In this document: one piece after another, positions 34,688 to 43,506 of the stretch
Numbering within the stretch: the first letter of the stretch is position 1
How the letters are laid out: each line of letters starts with the position of its first letter
Assembly (NCBI GenBank): GCA_023474215.1
Contig: JAMCYI010000011.1
Coordinates: 16,739-80,738, forward strand
Reading direction: 5' to 3'
Length of the DNA: 64,000 nt
Origin: Patescibacteria group bacterium
GTDB lineage: Bacteria > Patescibacteriota > Minisyncoccia > UBA6257 > GWB1-50-10
Program-made: the position numbers and the translations under genes
The notes under the pieces: generated by a model
The model's database searches: none
Seen by the model: only the letters and a program-made list of their open reading frames with translations
Told to the model about the DNA's origin: nothing

Positions 34688-34690
34688 AGC

Positions 34691-35005
34691 TTATTTCTTT
34701 TCCTTCAATTTCCTAACAGCTATATTAATGTCATCTTCGGGATAGCGCAAGGAGGCCTCGATGAAATCCTCGATGTTGTATTGGTCGTTTCCGATCGGGA
34801 GCGTCCCGCCGAGTTTCATAATGTAGGTGCTTTTGAAGCTTCCGTCTTTTCTCTTCGTCGTCACGGTGTACACGTCGGGGTTCTCGGTCATCTCGAAATC
34901 GAAACCTTCCGCCTTGAGGCGCGCGACGGTTTTTTTCACTTCTTCCGCAACTTCGTCGGAGATTTTCAATCCTTCCCGCTCCGGCATTTCCCGCTTGATG
35001 GCCAT
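34691..35005 (-). CDS. Hypothetical protein
   Basis: 104-aa ORF with plausible charged composition and no recognised motif. Confidence 0.6.
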   Translation of the reverse strand: MAIKREMPEREGLKISDEVAEEVKKTVARLKAEGFDFEMTENPDVYTVTTKRKDGSFKSTYIMKLGGTLPIGNDQYNIEDFIEASLRYPEDDINIAVRKLKEKK

Positions 35006-35085
35006 GGGGCTATGGTATCACAAAGTCCATTGATATATCAAAATAGTACTTGGACGATACTATTTATTCTATACTTAAGGTATAT

Positions 35086-35718
35086 ATGAAATCCATAGAT
35101 GATGAAGTAATACAAAAAATAAAGAAGCTGCGCGCGACGGGCCACAGTATTTCAGAGATTAGTAAGGAATGTAGGATTTCTCCCGCAACAGCATCCCGCT
35201 ACATTAGAGGCGTCACTATAAAGAAACAACATCTAAAAAGATGGTTAGAGCGCCGTAATGCCAGTAAAATTATGTCCGAAAGAAACTGGGAGAAAGCCAG
35301 AGAAACCGCCGATGCCTTGGTGAATAAGCTCACAAGAAAAGAACTGTCACTTATTGGAGTTTCTCTCTACTGGGCAGAGGGCGCCAAACGGGATTTTACA
35401 TTCTCAAATACCGATCCCCGAATGGTTCGGGTTTTTATTACCATCTTGAAAGATATTTTTCAGATTTCAAACGATGACTTTAAAATATCGCTCCGCATAT
35501 ATGAGGATTTGAATAAAAAGGCTTGCCTCACCTATTGGTCGCAAATAACCGGTGTTAACCTAACAACGAGAAAAACGAGTGTAGATGTTCTCAAGGGATC
35601 CAAAAGGGGGAAACTAAAGTACGGGATGTGCCGGATTCGTGTTCGCAAAAGCGGCTTGCTTCTTAAGAAATTTTCTGCAATTATTGATAAAATAGTGGAA
35701 GAAACAAGGCCCTCGTAG
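35086..35718 (+). CDS. HTH + degenerate LAGLIDADG-like protein adjacent to tRNA
   Basis: N-terminal HTH (GHSISEISKECRISPATASRY) then IGVSLYWAEGAK...FSNTDP; stop codon lies inside tRNA-Arg(CCT). Confidence 0.7.
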   Translation: MKSIDDEVIQKIKKLRATGHSISEISKECRISPATASRYIRGVTIKKQHLKRWLERRNASKIMSERNWEKARETADALVNKLTRKELSLIGVSLYWAEGAKRDFTFSNTDPRMVRVFITILKDIFQISNDDFKISLRIYEDLNKKACLTYWSQITGVNLTTRKTSVDVLKGSKRGKLKYGMCRIRVRKSGLLLKKFSAIIDKIVEETRPS

Positions 35719-35780
35719 CTCAATGGATAGAGTTGCTCACTCCTAACGAGCCGATCGAGGTTCGATTCCTCGCGAGGGCA
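35709..35780 (+). tRNA. tRNA-Arg(CCT)
   Basis: GCCCTCG...CGAGGGC-A; anticodon loop CTCCTAA. Confidence 0.9.
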
Positions 35781-35819
35781 CACTTCAATCCCCTCGTCGG
35801 GGAAAGAAGGGAGATAAAC

Positions 35820-35912
35820 GGAGGAGTACCAAAGCGGTCATAATGGCACCGACTCGAAATCGGCTGGCGGGTCAAAAGCCCCACGTGGGTTCGAATCCCA
35901 CCTCCTCCGCCA
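35820..35912 (+). tRNA. tRNA-Ser(CGA)
   Basis: GGAGGAG...CTCCTCC-G-CCA; anticodon loop CTCGAAA; long variable arm. Confidence 0.92.
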
Positions 35913-35978
35913 ATAGAAACTTCGCGACTTGGAAGAGCGGAGCGACATTCAATTTCTGTACCCTCCGCCAATCAAATT

Positions 35979-37391
35979 TTATTGATACGTCGCCTGGATC
36001 CACGAGAGCATGCTTTTTGCATCTTTCGCATAGTCGTCCGATCCCAAAACGATAATCACATACGGCCGCTCTTCGGTTGGAACGGTCGAGGTTACGGTTG
36101 ATATTGTTGGGGTGGACGACGTTGCATCGAGGACTGGGAATTCACCGTTGAATATCGAAACGATGGTTCCGCTCGCCGCTCCATTTTGCCCAATCTTTCC
36201 ACCCACAAAATCCGGGTTGTCGGCGAAGACGTTGAAATTCTGAAGGTGCGAAAAAACGCTCGGGCCGTACGCGTTTGGAGCATTGTTATCCGTCGTCATT
36301 TTCAGGATGAAACTCCGGTTGTTGTAGAGATACCGCGCGAAGAGATAGAGATCGTGCGCCGTCGAGACATCACCCCAGTCGCTCCCCGACACATCCACGA
36401 AATGGGTTTGAGTCATGCCGATCGATTGCGCAGTCTGGTTCATGAGGTTCACGAAATATTTCGGCCCGAGGAAATACGAGATGGCGACGGCCGCTTCGTT
36501 CGATGATTCCCTAAGGAGGGGCTGCAAAAGATCGTAAAGGGAGAGCGTTTCGCCGGGCTTGAGGCGCGGAACGGATGTCGGAACAATCATCTCGGGCGTT
36601 ATCGTGATCGTACGCTCGATATTCACGTATTCCACCGCGACGAGCGCAGTCATGAGCTTCGTTAAGGACGCGACGGAAAGCACTTCGTCGGGATTCTTCT
36701 CCGACATCACGAAATTGCTTTCGAGATCGGCCGCGAGATAGCTCTTCGCGCCGATGCCGGGCCCCTGCACCGTTTCCTGAAAATTATCGCTCTTAAAATC
36801 ATCGCTCACGACCAAAACCGGCGTCCCGACGGAAACCGAATCGTACAGCGCTTTTGCATCGGAAGTCGACAGGCGGATGCATCCGCCGGAATACGTGGAC
36901 CCGACCGGCGTACCGTCCGGATAGTACGGCCAGCCGTGGATTAGGAAGTTCCCCTGAAAATCGAGCGCCCATGGACTATAGACATGGGCGATGCTTGAGT
37001 AGTCGCTTGGGATCTTTGATTCGACTTTATAAAGACCGGTCGGCGTTTCCCACCACGATCCCGGCTTCCCCTTTGAGAGGACGGTCACGTCCTCGGCGAT
37101 GGTGCCGTCTTTGTAATATTCCAGCCGCATCGTCGAGAGGTTGACGTAAATGAAGGTCGCTTTCTCGCCGACGAACGTTCCTAAGATCTGCTCATAAAAG
37201 TTTGCGTTCGAAAGAGCCGGCCAGGCGCCATACTGAAACACAATGCCGCCGGGCGTTCCCGCTGGAAGATTAATCTCATAGTTGTAGACGATCTCGCGGT
37301 AGAACACGAAGGCGCCGACCAAGATTCCCGCGACGATCACGAGCGAGACGATGGCAGCCCACAAAGGAACGCGATAGCGAAATACCCCCAT
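35979..37391 (-). CDS. L,D-transpeptidase (YkuD) / D-Ala-D-Ala carboxypeptidase (S11) fusion, membrane-anchored
   Basis: TM helix; ETPTGLY...IHG...SGGCIRL; ASLTKLMTA (SxxK), ESSN (SxN) and GGKIG. Confidence 0.88.
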   Translation of the reverse strand: MGVFRYRVPLWAAIVSLVIVAGILVGAFVFYREIVYNYEINLPAGTPGGIVFQYGAWPALSNANFYEQILGTFVGEKATFIYVNLSTMRLEYYKDGTIAEDVTVLSKGKPGSWWETPTGLYKVESKIPSDYSSIAHVYSPWALDFQGNFLIHGWPYYPDGTPVGSTYSGGCIRLSTSDAKALYDSVSVGTPVLVVSDDFKSDNFQETVQGPGIGAKSYLAADLESNFVMSEKNPDEVLSVASLTKLMTALVAVEYVNIERTITITPEMIVPTSVPRLKPGETLSLYDLLQPLLRESSNEAAVAISYFLGPKYFVNLMNQTAQSIGMTQTHFVDVSGSDWGDVSTAHDLYLFARYLYNNRSFILKMTTDNNAPNAYGPSVFSHLQNFNVFADNPDFVGGKIGQNGAASGTIVSIFNGEFPVLDATSSTPTISTVTSTVPTEERPYVIIVLGSDDYAKDAKSMLSWIQATYQ

Positions 37392-37411
37392 AGGGATTAT
37401 TATAGAGGAAT

Positions 37412-37780
37412 ATGTGGAATCTCATCAAAAGTTACGGGATTTATTTCCTGACGGGCGGTATCTTTACCGCACTCATCGTTGCACTCGAGGAAAACGGCGA
37501 GCGGCTCCTCTCGGGCTTCGCCACGTTGGTGCCGGTTTTCACCCTCGTTGCCTACTTCTTCATCGGCGAATCGAAGGGTGGCGCAGCTGTGGGGCAGCAT
37601 GCGTGGTTCGTTCTCGTGGGAACGATCATCTCGTGGGTCCCTTATATGATCGTGGTTGCAACGCTCGCGCCAAAGATCGGATCGAAAGCCGCCATCGGCG
37701 TCGGCCTCCTGACGTTCTTCATTTGTGCATTCGCGTATCTCGAGATCGTCCATCACTATCATTTCTTCGGCGAGCCATAA
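37412..37780 (+). CDS. Small multi-pass membrane protein
   Basis: 122 aa with four hydrophobic helices. Confidence 0.7.
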   Translation: MWNLIKSYGIYFLTGGIFTALIVALEENGERLLSGFATLVPVFTLVAYFFIGESKGGAAVGQHAWFVLVGTIISWVPYMIVVATLAPKIGSKAAIGVGLLTFFICAFAYLEIVHHYHFFGEP

Positions 37781-37837
37781 TTCTTCCTCTCCAATCCCAT
37801 AAGCATTTCTCGATTGCTTGCGAGTGAAACTTGTTGA

Positions 37838-37943
37838 GAACGTCAGAAAAATTCCCAAGCTCGCCGCGGCGCCGAGCCAGGCCCCCCGCCGAACGGCGAG
37901 TTGGGTGGCGAGGAGCGTGCGAGCGCGGAGAATTTTTACGTTC
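37838..37943. repeat. REP-like multi-hairpin element
   Basis: Outer stem GAACGT..AAAAATTC / GAATTTTT-ACGTTC around a GC-rich hairpin core. Confidence 0.55.
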
Positions 37944-38107
37944 AAAATATTTTTGAATGAACAAGCAGTCGGGAAATGCACCTTTTAAAAGTTATCCACA
38001 GATTTTCTCCGCGAAAAACTCTATAATTAAAGAAGAAGAGGAATTTACTGCGATTGAGGAGTCGACAGTCCAACGGTAAATTTCGTAAACGAAAAATAAA
38101 AAAACCA

Positions 38108-38176
38108 ATGGCAGCAAAGAAAAAGGCGAAGAAGTCTTCAAAGAAAGCCAAGAAGAGCGGCAAAAAGAAAAGATAA
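38108..38176 (+). CDS. 22-aa Lys-rich peptide MAAKKKAKKSSKKAKKSGKKKR
   Basis: Own TATAAT (38022-27), A-rich leader and terminator at 38186-38222. Confidence 0.7.
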   Translation: MAAKKKAKKSSKKAKKSGKKKR

Positions 38177-38185
38177 ATTGCTCTT

Positions 38186-38222
38186 ATAATCACCCCTCAT
38201 GAGCGAGGGGTGATTATTTTTA
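38186..38222 (+). terminator. Intrinsic terminator
   Basis: ATAATCACCCCTC/GAGGGGTGATTAT followed by T-run. Confidence 0.8.
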
Positions 38223-38247
38223 TGCCTGCTATAATAAGTGAAACCCC

Positions 38248-39282
38248 ATGAGTGACCTTAAAACCGTACGCATCATCAAGAAAACCATGCCGGCAGTCGT
38301 TTCGATCGTCCTTTCGAAGGACGTCGACGATTTAAAAGCGGAACTCCAAAAGGAAGGAAAACGGGGGAAGGTTATAAAAATTCCGGAAGACAAAATATCG
38401 CCGGAAGGCACGGTTGAAATCGGTGGCGGTTCGGGATTTTTTGTCGACAAGAGCGGCATCATTCTCACGAACAAGCACGTCATCGCCGAATCGAACGTGC
38501 GCTACAAGATCACAACCGACGACGAACGGACGTTCGACGCGGAACTCTTGGCGCGCGACCCGATCAACGATATTGCCATATTGAAAACAAAGGGCAGTGA
38601 AGGAAAAACGTTCTCCTTTTTGAAACTCGGCGATTCTTCGAGCCTCGATTTGGGCCAAATGGTCCTCGCCATCGGGAACGCACTCGGCATTTTTAAAAAT
38701 ACGGTTTCCATGGGGATCATTTCCGGCCTCTCGCGTTCCGTAAAAGCAAAACCCGATCCGGAAAAACCGATTCAAGAGCTCCGGGGACTCATTCAAACCG
38801 ACGCCGCCATCAATCCCGGAAATTCCGGAGGTCCTTTGGTCGACATGTCGGGGCGCGTCATCGGCATCAACGCCGCCGTCGTCGCCGGAGCGCAAAATAT
38901 CAACTTTGCGATTCCCGTGAATGCGGCGAAACGCGATATCCATGACCTCAAAAAATTCGGAAGGATCCGCCGGCCGCTCCTCGGCATCCGGTACGTAATC
39001 TTGGACAGTGAACTTTCCCGATCGATGCACACCGCCCTCGGCCACGGCGCGTACGTAACGAAAGAACATCCGCTGGACGACGCCGTCATCGCCGGAAGCC
39101 CTGCTGCAAAAGCAGGTATTAAAGAAAAAGATATCATCACGGAATGGAACGGCAAGCCGATCATGGACGGATCTATCCAAGAACTCTTGGAAAATTCGAA
39201 TGTCGGCGACGAGATCAAATTAAAAGTGGTGAGGAACGGCAAGACGTTCGAGACAAGCGTCGTTCTCGCCGAGCGGAAATAA
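38248..39282 (+). CDS. HtrA/DegP-family serine protease with PDZ domain
   Basis: GSGFFV, LTNKHV, DIAILK, QTDAAINPGNSGGPL and a C-terminal PDZ. Confidence 0.95.
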   Translation: MSDLKTVRIIKKTMPAVVSIVLSKDVDDLKAELQKEGKRGKVIKIPEDKISPEGTVEIGGGSGFFVDKSGIILTNKHVIAESNVRYKITTDDERTFDAELLARDPINDIAILKTKGSEGKTFSFLKLGDSSSLDLGQMVLAIGNALGIFKNTVSMGIISGLSRSVKAKPDPEKPIQELRGLIQTDAAINPGNSGGPLVDMSGRVIGINAAVVAGAQNINFAIPVNAAKRDIHDLKKFGRIRRPLLGIRYVILDSELSRSMHTALGHGAYVTKEHPLDDAVIAGSPAAKAGIKEKDIITEWNGKPIMDGSIQELLENSNVGDEIKLKVVRNGKTFETSVVLAERK

Positions 39283-39286
39283 AGGA

Positions 39287-40225
39287 CTAGTACGTATATT
39301 CGTTCACTAAGAGCCCGTTTTGATCGAGTAAGAGAACTCGGTCGTGTTTCGAATCGAACGACCACATGCCGGGGATCCAAGCGATCCATTGATTCGTCAA
39401 AAATCCGGCGGTATCGACGTTCATGTTATAGCACGATGCATAATTGAACCGGTTGAGGAATTGGACGCAGGCCGGTTCGTTGGAAAAAGAATTGAGCGAT
39501 GAGGCACTCGGCGACTTGCACGATCCCAACGAAAGGATGTAGCTTTGGCAATTGCCCGATAAGGCCGAAATGTCCGACCGATTATACATGGGGATGTAGC
39601 TGCACTGAAGCTGCGGCGAAAACGTGTACGTGTTATTGAGATATCCCATGCACTTGTTGATGCGCAAGTTCTTTGCGATGGGACTTGCCGTATTGTAAAC
39701 ATCCAAACGCCCGCCGCTCGGGAGCACGATGTCCGTCGATGGACTCAAACCCGACGGATTGTAATCATTGACTGCCTGCGGAATTTGCATCGAACCTTCG
39801 TTCGATTTGATGGTCCAGCCGCTCACGTCGATCGGCGACGCTGAACCGTACGCCGAAAGCGAAAGGTGGCTGTTATACCAAACGTACGTATAGAGGGATG
39901 TTATCCTTACGTTGCCGTAGAAGGGAGAAAGGTCCGCTGCCGTGAACCCTGGCGGAGGCGTGACCGTCGGCTTCGCGGGCGCACTTGTTGCGGGGTGCGA
40001 TGGCGAGGACGATCCTCCGCTCGTTGCGCCTCCGTTCTTTACCGTGCTCGTTCCGACGGACACCGATGGCGTTCCGTTGTTTGCGGCCGACGGTGCTTGA
40101 TAATTCAGTTTCAAGAGCGAACCGATGTTTTCGAACTTCATCGACCCCTTGAGCTCAGTCACCACATTCACGACGGCGACCGCAATCACGATGAGGACGA
40201 TGATAAGAAAGATGTATTTTCCCAT
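39287..40225 (-). CDS. Membrane-anchored hypothetical protein (lamin-tail-like segment, Cys-containing)
   Basis: TM helix, Pro/Ser linker, IDVSGWTIKS...DRVLLLDQNGLLVNEYTY. Confidence 0.65.
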   Translation of the reverse strand: MGKYIFLIIVLIVIAVAVVNVVTELKGSMKFENIGSLLKLNYQAPSAANNGTPSVSVGTSTVKNGGATSGGSSSPSHPATSAPAKPTVTPPPGFTAADLSPFYGNVRITSLYTYVWYNSHLSLSAYGSASPIDVSGWTIKSNEGSMQIPQAVNDYNPSGLSPSTDIVLPSGGRLDVYNTASPIAKNLRINKCMGYLNNTYTFSPQLQCSYIPMYNRSDISALSGNCQSYILSLGSCKSPSASSLNSFSNEPACVQFLNRFNYASCYNMNVDTAGFLTNQWIAWIPGMWSFDSKHDRVLLLDQNGLLVNEYTY

Positions 40226-40228
40226 AGA

Positions 40229-42616
40229 TTAGACGACGAGGTTAATGATCCTCCCTTTCACATATACCACTTTTTTGATCTTTGCGCTTCCGAGAGCGGC
40301 GGAAACGGTTTCGAGCTTCATTGCGGCTCCTTTCACTGCTTCTTCTTCCGCATCGTGAGGAACCATAACGCTCCCTCGCCGCTTGCCGTTCACCTGAACG
40401 ACGACTTCCACGGCTTCTTCTTTCAAAAGTTCGGGATCGTATGCTGGCCACGACTCGAAATGCACCGATTTCTTGTTCTTCAAGAGATGCCACAATTCGT
40501 CCGCGAGGTGCGGCGCGAACGGCGCGAGAATTTTCAAAAAATCGCTCCAAACGCCCGCCGGAACGGCCGCTTCGTCGCTTGTAGCATTTATAAAGACCAT
40601 CATGGAGCTTATGGCCGTATGGAACGCCATCTTTTCAATGTCGCCGCCGACCTTCTTCACCGTCGCAGCGAGAAGACGCTCGAGCTTTTCATTCCTCGCT
40701 TTTCCGATCTCTTTTTCGTGCGCAATATCCCACGTGCGCCACAAGAACCGCTTCACCCCTTCGATCCCTTTTGCGTCCCAAGCGATCGCCCGATCGAAAG
40801 GCCCCATGAACATTTCATAGACCCGCGCAACATCGGCGCCGTACGCCTCGACGATGGTATCGGGATTCACGACGTTGCCGCGCGATTTTGACATCTTGAC
40901 GCCCCCTTCCCCAAGGATCATTCCTTGCGCCGTCCGCTTTCGGTATGGTTCGCTCGTCGGGACAAGCCCTTGATCGTGGAGGAAAATGTTCCAGAAGCGT
41001 GAATAGAGCAAATGGAGCGTTACGTGTTCCATGCCGCCGTTGTACCAGTCGATCGGCATCCAGTATTTCAGCTTCTTCATCGAAGCAAATTCTTTCGCGT
41101 TCTTCGGATCGGCATATCGCAAAAAATACCAGCTCGATCCAGCCCAATTCGGCATCGTGTCCGTCTCGCGCTTCGCCTTTCCCATACATTTCGGACATCG
41201 GACGTTCACGAAACTCGCGACGGATGCCAAGGGTGATTCACCGTCATCGCGCGGTTGATAATTTTTGACGGGCGGCAGGACGACCGGCAAATCTTTGTCG
41301 GGGACCGGCACGTAGCCGCACGTTTCACAGTGAATGATCGGGATCGGCTCGCCCCAGTATCTTTGGCGCGAAAAGACCCAGTCGCGCAGATGGTAGTTCA
41401 CCGTCTTTTTTCCGCCGACAAATCTCGTGATCTCCGCTTTCGCCTGCTCGGAATCCATCCCGTCGAACTTCCCCGAATTCATAAGACTCCCCTTTCCCTC
41501 CCAAAGCTCGCCCGGCATTCCTCCCGAAACGACACGGACGACCGGCAGATTGAACTTCTTTGCAAACGCGAAATCGCGCACGTCGTGCGCGGGGACTGCC
41601 ATGATCGCACCCGTACCGTACTCGGCAAGGACATAGTCGGCGATCCATACCGGAATTTCCTTTCCATTCGCCGGATTCACCGCCGTGACGCCCTTGAGCT
41701 CGACGCCCGTTTTTTCCTTGTTCTCTGCGGTCCGCTCTTCTTCCGTTTCTTTCCGTGCGGCCTTCACGTATGATTCAACTTCCTTGAAGTTTGAAATTTT
41801 ATCCTTCAATTTCTCAACGAGTTCGTGTTCCGGCGCGAGGACCATATAGGTCGCGCCAAATAAGGTGTCGGGCCTGGTCGTAAATACCTTCATTCGGAGT
41901 GCGGAGTTCGAAATTCGAAATTCCAGTTCCGCCCCTTCGGATCGTCCAATCCAGTTCATCTGCTGCGCCTTGATCTCATCCAAATAATCGACGTGTTCCA
42001 AACCTTTCAGGAGCTTGTCGGCATACGCGGTGATCTTGAGCATCCATTGCGCCTTTTTCCGCTTCTCGACTTCCGCACCGCACCGCTCGCAATGCCCTGC
42101 GATCACTTCTTCGTTCGCGAGGCCGATCTTGTCATTTGGGCACCAATTGATATCGATTTCCGCTTTGTATGCCAAACCTTTTTTGAAAAATTGAAGGAAA
42201 AGCCACTGCGTCCATTTGTAATACTTCGGGTCGGTGGTGTTCACCTCGCGGCTCCAATCGAACGAAAATCCCAAGCTTTTGAGCTGTTTTCGGAAGGTCT
42301 CGGTGTTCTTTTTCGTCGCGACGCGCGGATCGACGCCCGTTTTGATGGCATAGTTCTCGGTGGGGAGTCCAAAAGCATCCCATCCGATCGGATAGAGCAC
42401 GTTATACCCCTCCATCCGCCGCTTGCGGGATACGATGTCCATGGCCGTAAGGCTCCGGATATGGCCGGTGTGGAGCCCTTGGCCGGACGGGTACGGGAAC
42501 TCGATGAGTGAATACCACTTTTTCTTTTTGGAAAAATCGACGGCCTTCCCGATGCCCAGTTTTTCCCATTCTTTCTGCCACTTCTTCTCGATCTTCTTGA
42601 AGTCGTACTTCGCCAT
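40229..42616 (-). CDS. leuS: Leucine--tRNA ligase
   Basis: FPYPSGQGLHTGH, GWDAFGLP, GTGAIMAVPAHD, SRQRYWGEPIP and KMSKS. Confidence 0.98.
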   Translation of the reverse strand: MAKYDFKKIEKKWQKEWEKLGIGKAVDFSKKKKWYSLIEFPYPSGQGLHTGHIRSLTAMDIVSRKRRMEGYNVLYPIGWDAFGLPTENYAIKTGVDPRVATKKNTETFRKQLKSLGFSFDWSREVNTTDPKYYKWTQWLFLQFFKKGLAYKAEIDINWCPNDKIGLANEEVIAGHCERCGAEVEKRKKAQWMLKITAYADKLLKGLEHVDYLDEIKAQQMNWIGRSEGAELEFRISNSALRMKVFTTRPDTLFGATYMVLAPEHELVEKLKDKISNFKEVESYVKAARKETEEERTAENKEKTGVELKGVTAVNPANGKEIPVWIADYVLAEYGTGAIMAVPAHDVRDFAFAKKFNLPVVRVVSGGMPGELWEGKGSLMNSGKFDGMDSEQAKAEITRFVGGKKTVNYHLRDWVFSRQRYWGEPIPIIHCETCGYVPVPDKDLPVVLPPVKNYQPRDDGESPLASVASFVNVRCPKCMGKAKRETDTMPNWAGSSWYFLRYADPKNAKEFASMKKLKYWMPIDWYNGGMEHVTLHLLYSRFWNIFLHDQGLVPTSEPYRKRTAQGMILGEGGVKMSKSRGNVVNPDTIVEAYGADVARVYEMFMGPFDRAIAWDAKGIEGVKRFLWRTWDIAHEKEIGKARNEKLERLLAATVKKVGGDIEKMAFHTAISSMMVFINATSDEAAVPAGVWSDFLKILAPFAPHLADELWHLLKNKKSVHFESWPAYDPELLKEEAVEVVVQVNGKRRGSVMVPHDAEEEAVKGAAMKLETVSAALGSAKIKKVVYVKGRIINLVV

Positions 42617-42685
42617 TATCCAACTATTCTAACCAAAAAGGGTCTCTTTTCAAAGCCTTACTCTCAATGCCCCAATAATAAAAAA

Positions 42686-42827
42686 GGAAGGGGGATTGTT
42701 TTCGAGGAAGCTCTCGGAGCTCCGATTCGCTCGGTCCGCCGCAGAGGGGAACCGGAGCGAGAGCGCAGGGCGGCACTTGCCGCCGGAGCAAGTGAACGCC
42801 CGGTCCCGAGAAGACAATCTCCCTTCC
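42686..42827 (+). repeat. Structured intergenic element, family B copy 1
   Basis: 18-bp terminal inverted repeat; core shared with 61848-61985. Confidence 0.8.
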
Positions 42828-42829
42828 GA

Positions 42830-43501
42830 CTAAAACGTGAGGTCTTCCGGCGCGCTCACTTTTTTCCACCACGTCGCCTTCACGATCTTCACACTCTTCC
42901 CATCCCGCACCATTTGCGCCATGGTTTGCGGCAAACCGAATTCTTTCGAGCCCGGGTCCGCCTGGCGCAAGGGATAATCGAAATAGCTCATATCAAGGAC
43001 GTACGCGGCGGCGTTTTCAAGCATATCCTTTCGCGCTTCCGCTTGTTCGTCGATATCAAGCACGTTCCCCGATGCATCTGTTTTGATCTCCGCCCGATGC
43101 TCGCCCGGCGAGAAACGTTCGAGTTCGGCCGCGAGGATCGAAAGCGGGTATCGGACGAGCTCTTCAAGATCTTCTTTTGCGTACAAATCATCGCCCATCA
43201 AAACGAGAAATCGATCTTTTAAAACCGGCCGGCAAAGTCCGAGCGCGTGGCCCGTACCCTTGAGCTCTTTTTGTTCGATGTACGTTATTTTTTTGCCGGC
43301 ATATATTCCGTCAAAGGTCGCCTTAATCTGGTCGCCGAGGTATCCGATCACCATAACGACCTCCTCGACGGCGTCCGGGAGATTGTTCAACTTATATTCC
43401 AAAAGTGTTTTGTCACCGATCTTCAAAAGCGGCTTCGGCGTCCCTTTCGTGAGCTCCTTCATTCTTGTGCCGAGACCGGCCGCCAGTATGACTGCTTGCA
43501 T
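42830..43501 (-). CDS. Sugar-phosphate nucleotidyltransferase (GlmU N-terminal-like)
   Basis: AVILAAGLGTRM..PKPLL, LKGTGHA and MGDD. Confidence 0.9.
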   Translation of the reverse strand: MQAVILAAGLGTRMKELTKGTPKPLLKIGDKTLLEYKLNNLPDAVEEVVMVIGYLGDQIKATFDGIYAGKKITYIEQKELKGTGHALGLCRPVLKDRFLVLMGDDLYAKEDLEELVRYPLSILAAELERFSPGEHRAEIKTDASGNVLDIDEQAEARKDMLENAAAYVLDMSYFDYPLRQADPGSKEFGLPQTMAQMVRDGKSVKIVKATWWKKVSAPEDLTF

Positions 43502-43506
43502 GATAA

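Noticed and set aside
37992-38000. Replication origin suggested by a perfect DnaA box TTATCCACA
   Set aside because: It is a single box with no cluster, no dnaA/dnaN nearby and no clear unwinding element.
38248-39282. HtrA lacking a signal or TM segment as a novelty
   Set aside because: Noted, but there is nothing else in the sequence to suggest a new function, and soluble HtrA-like proteins are plausible.
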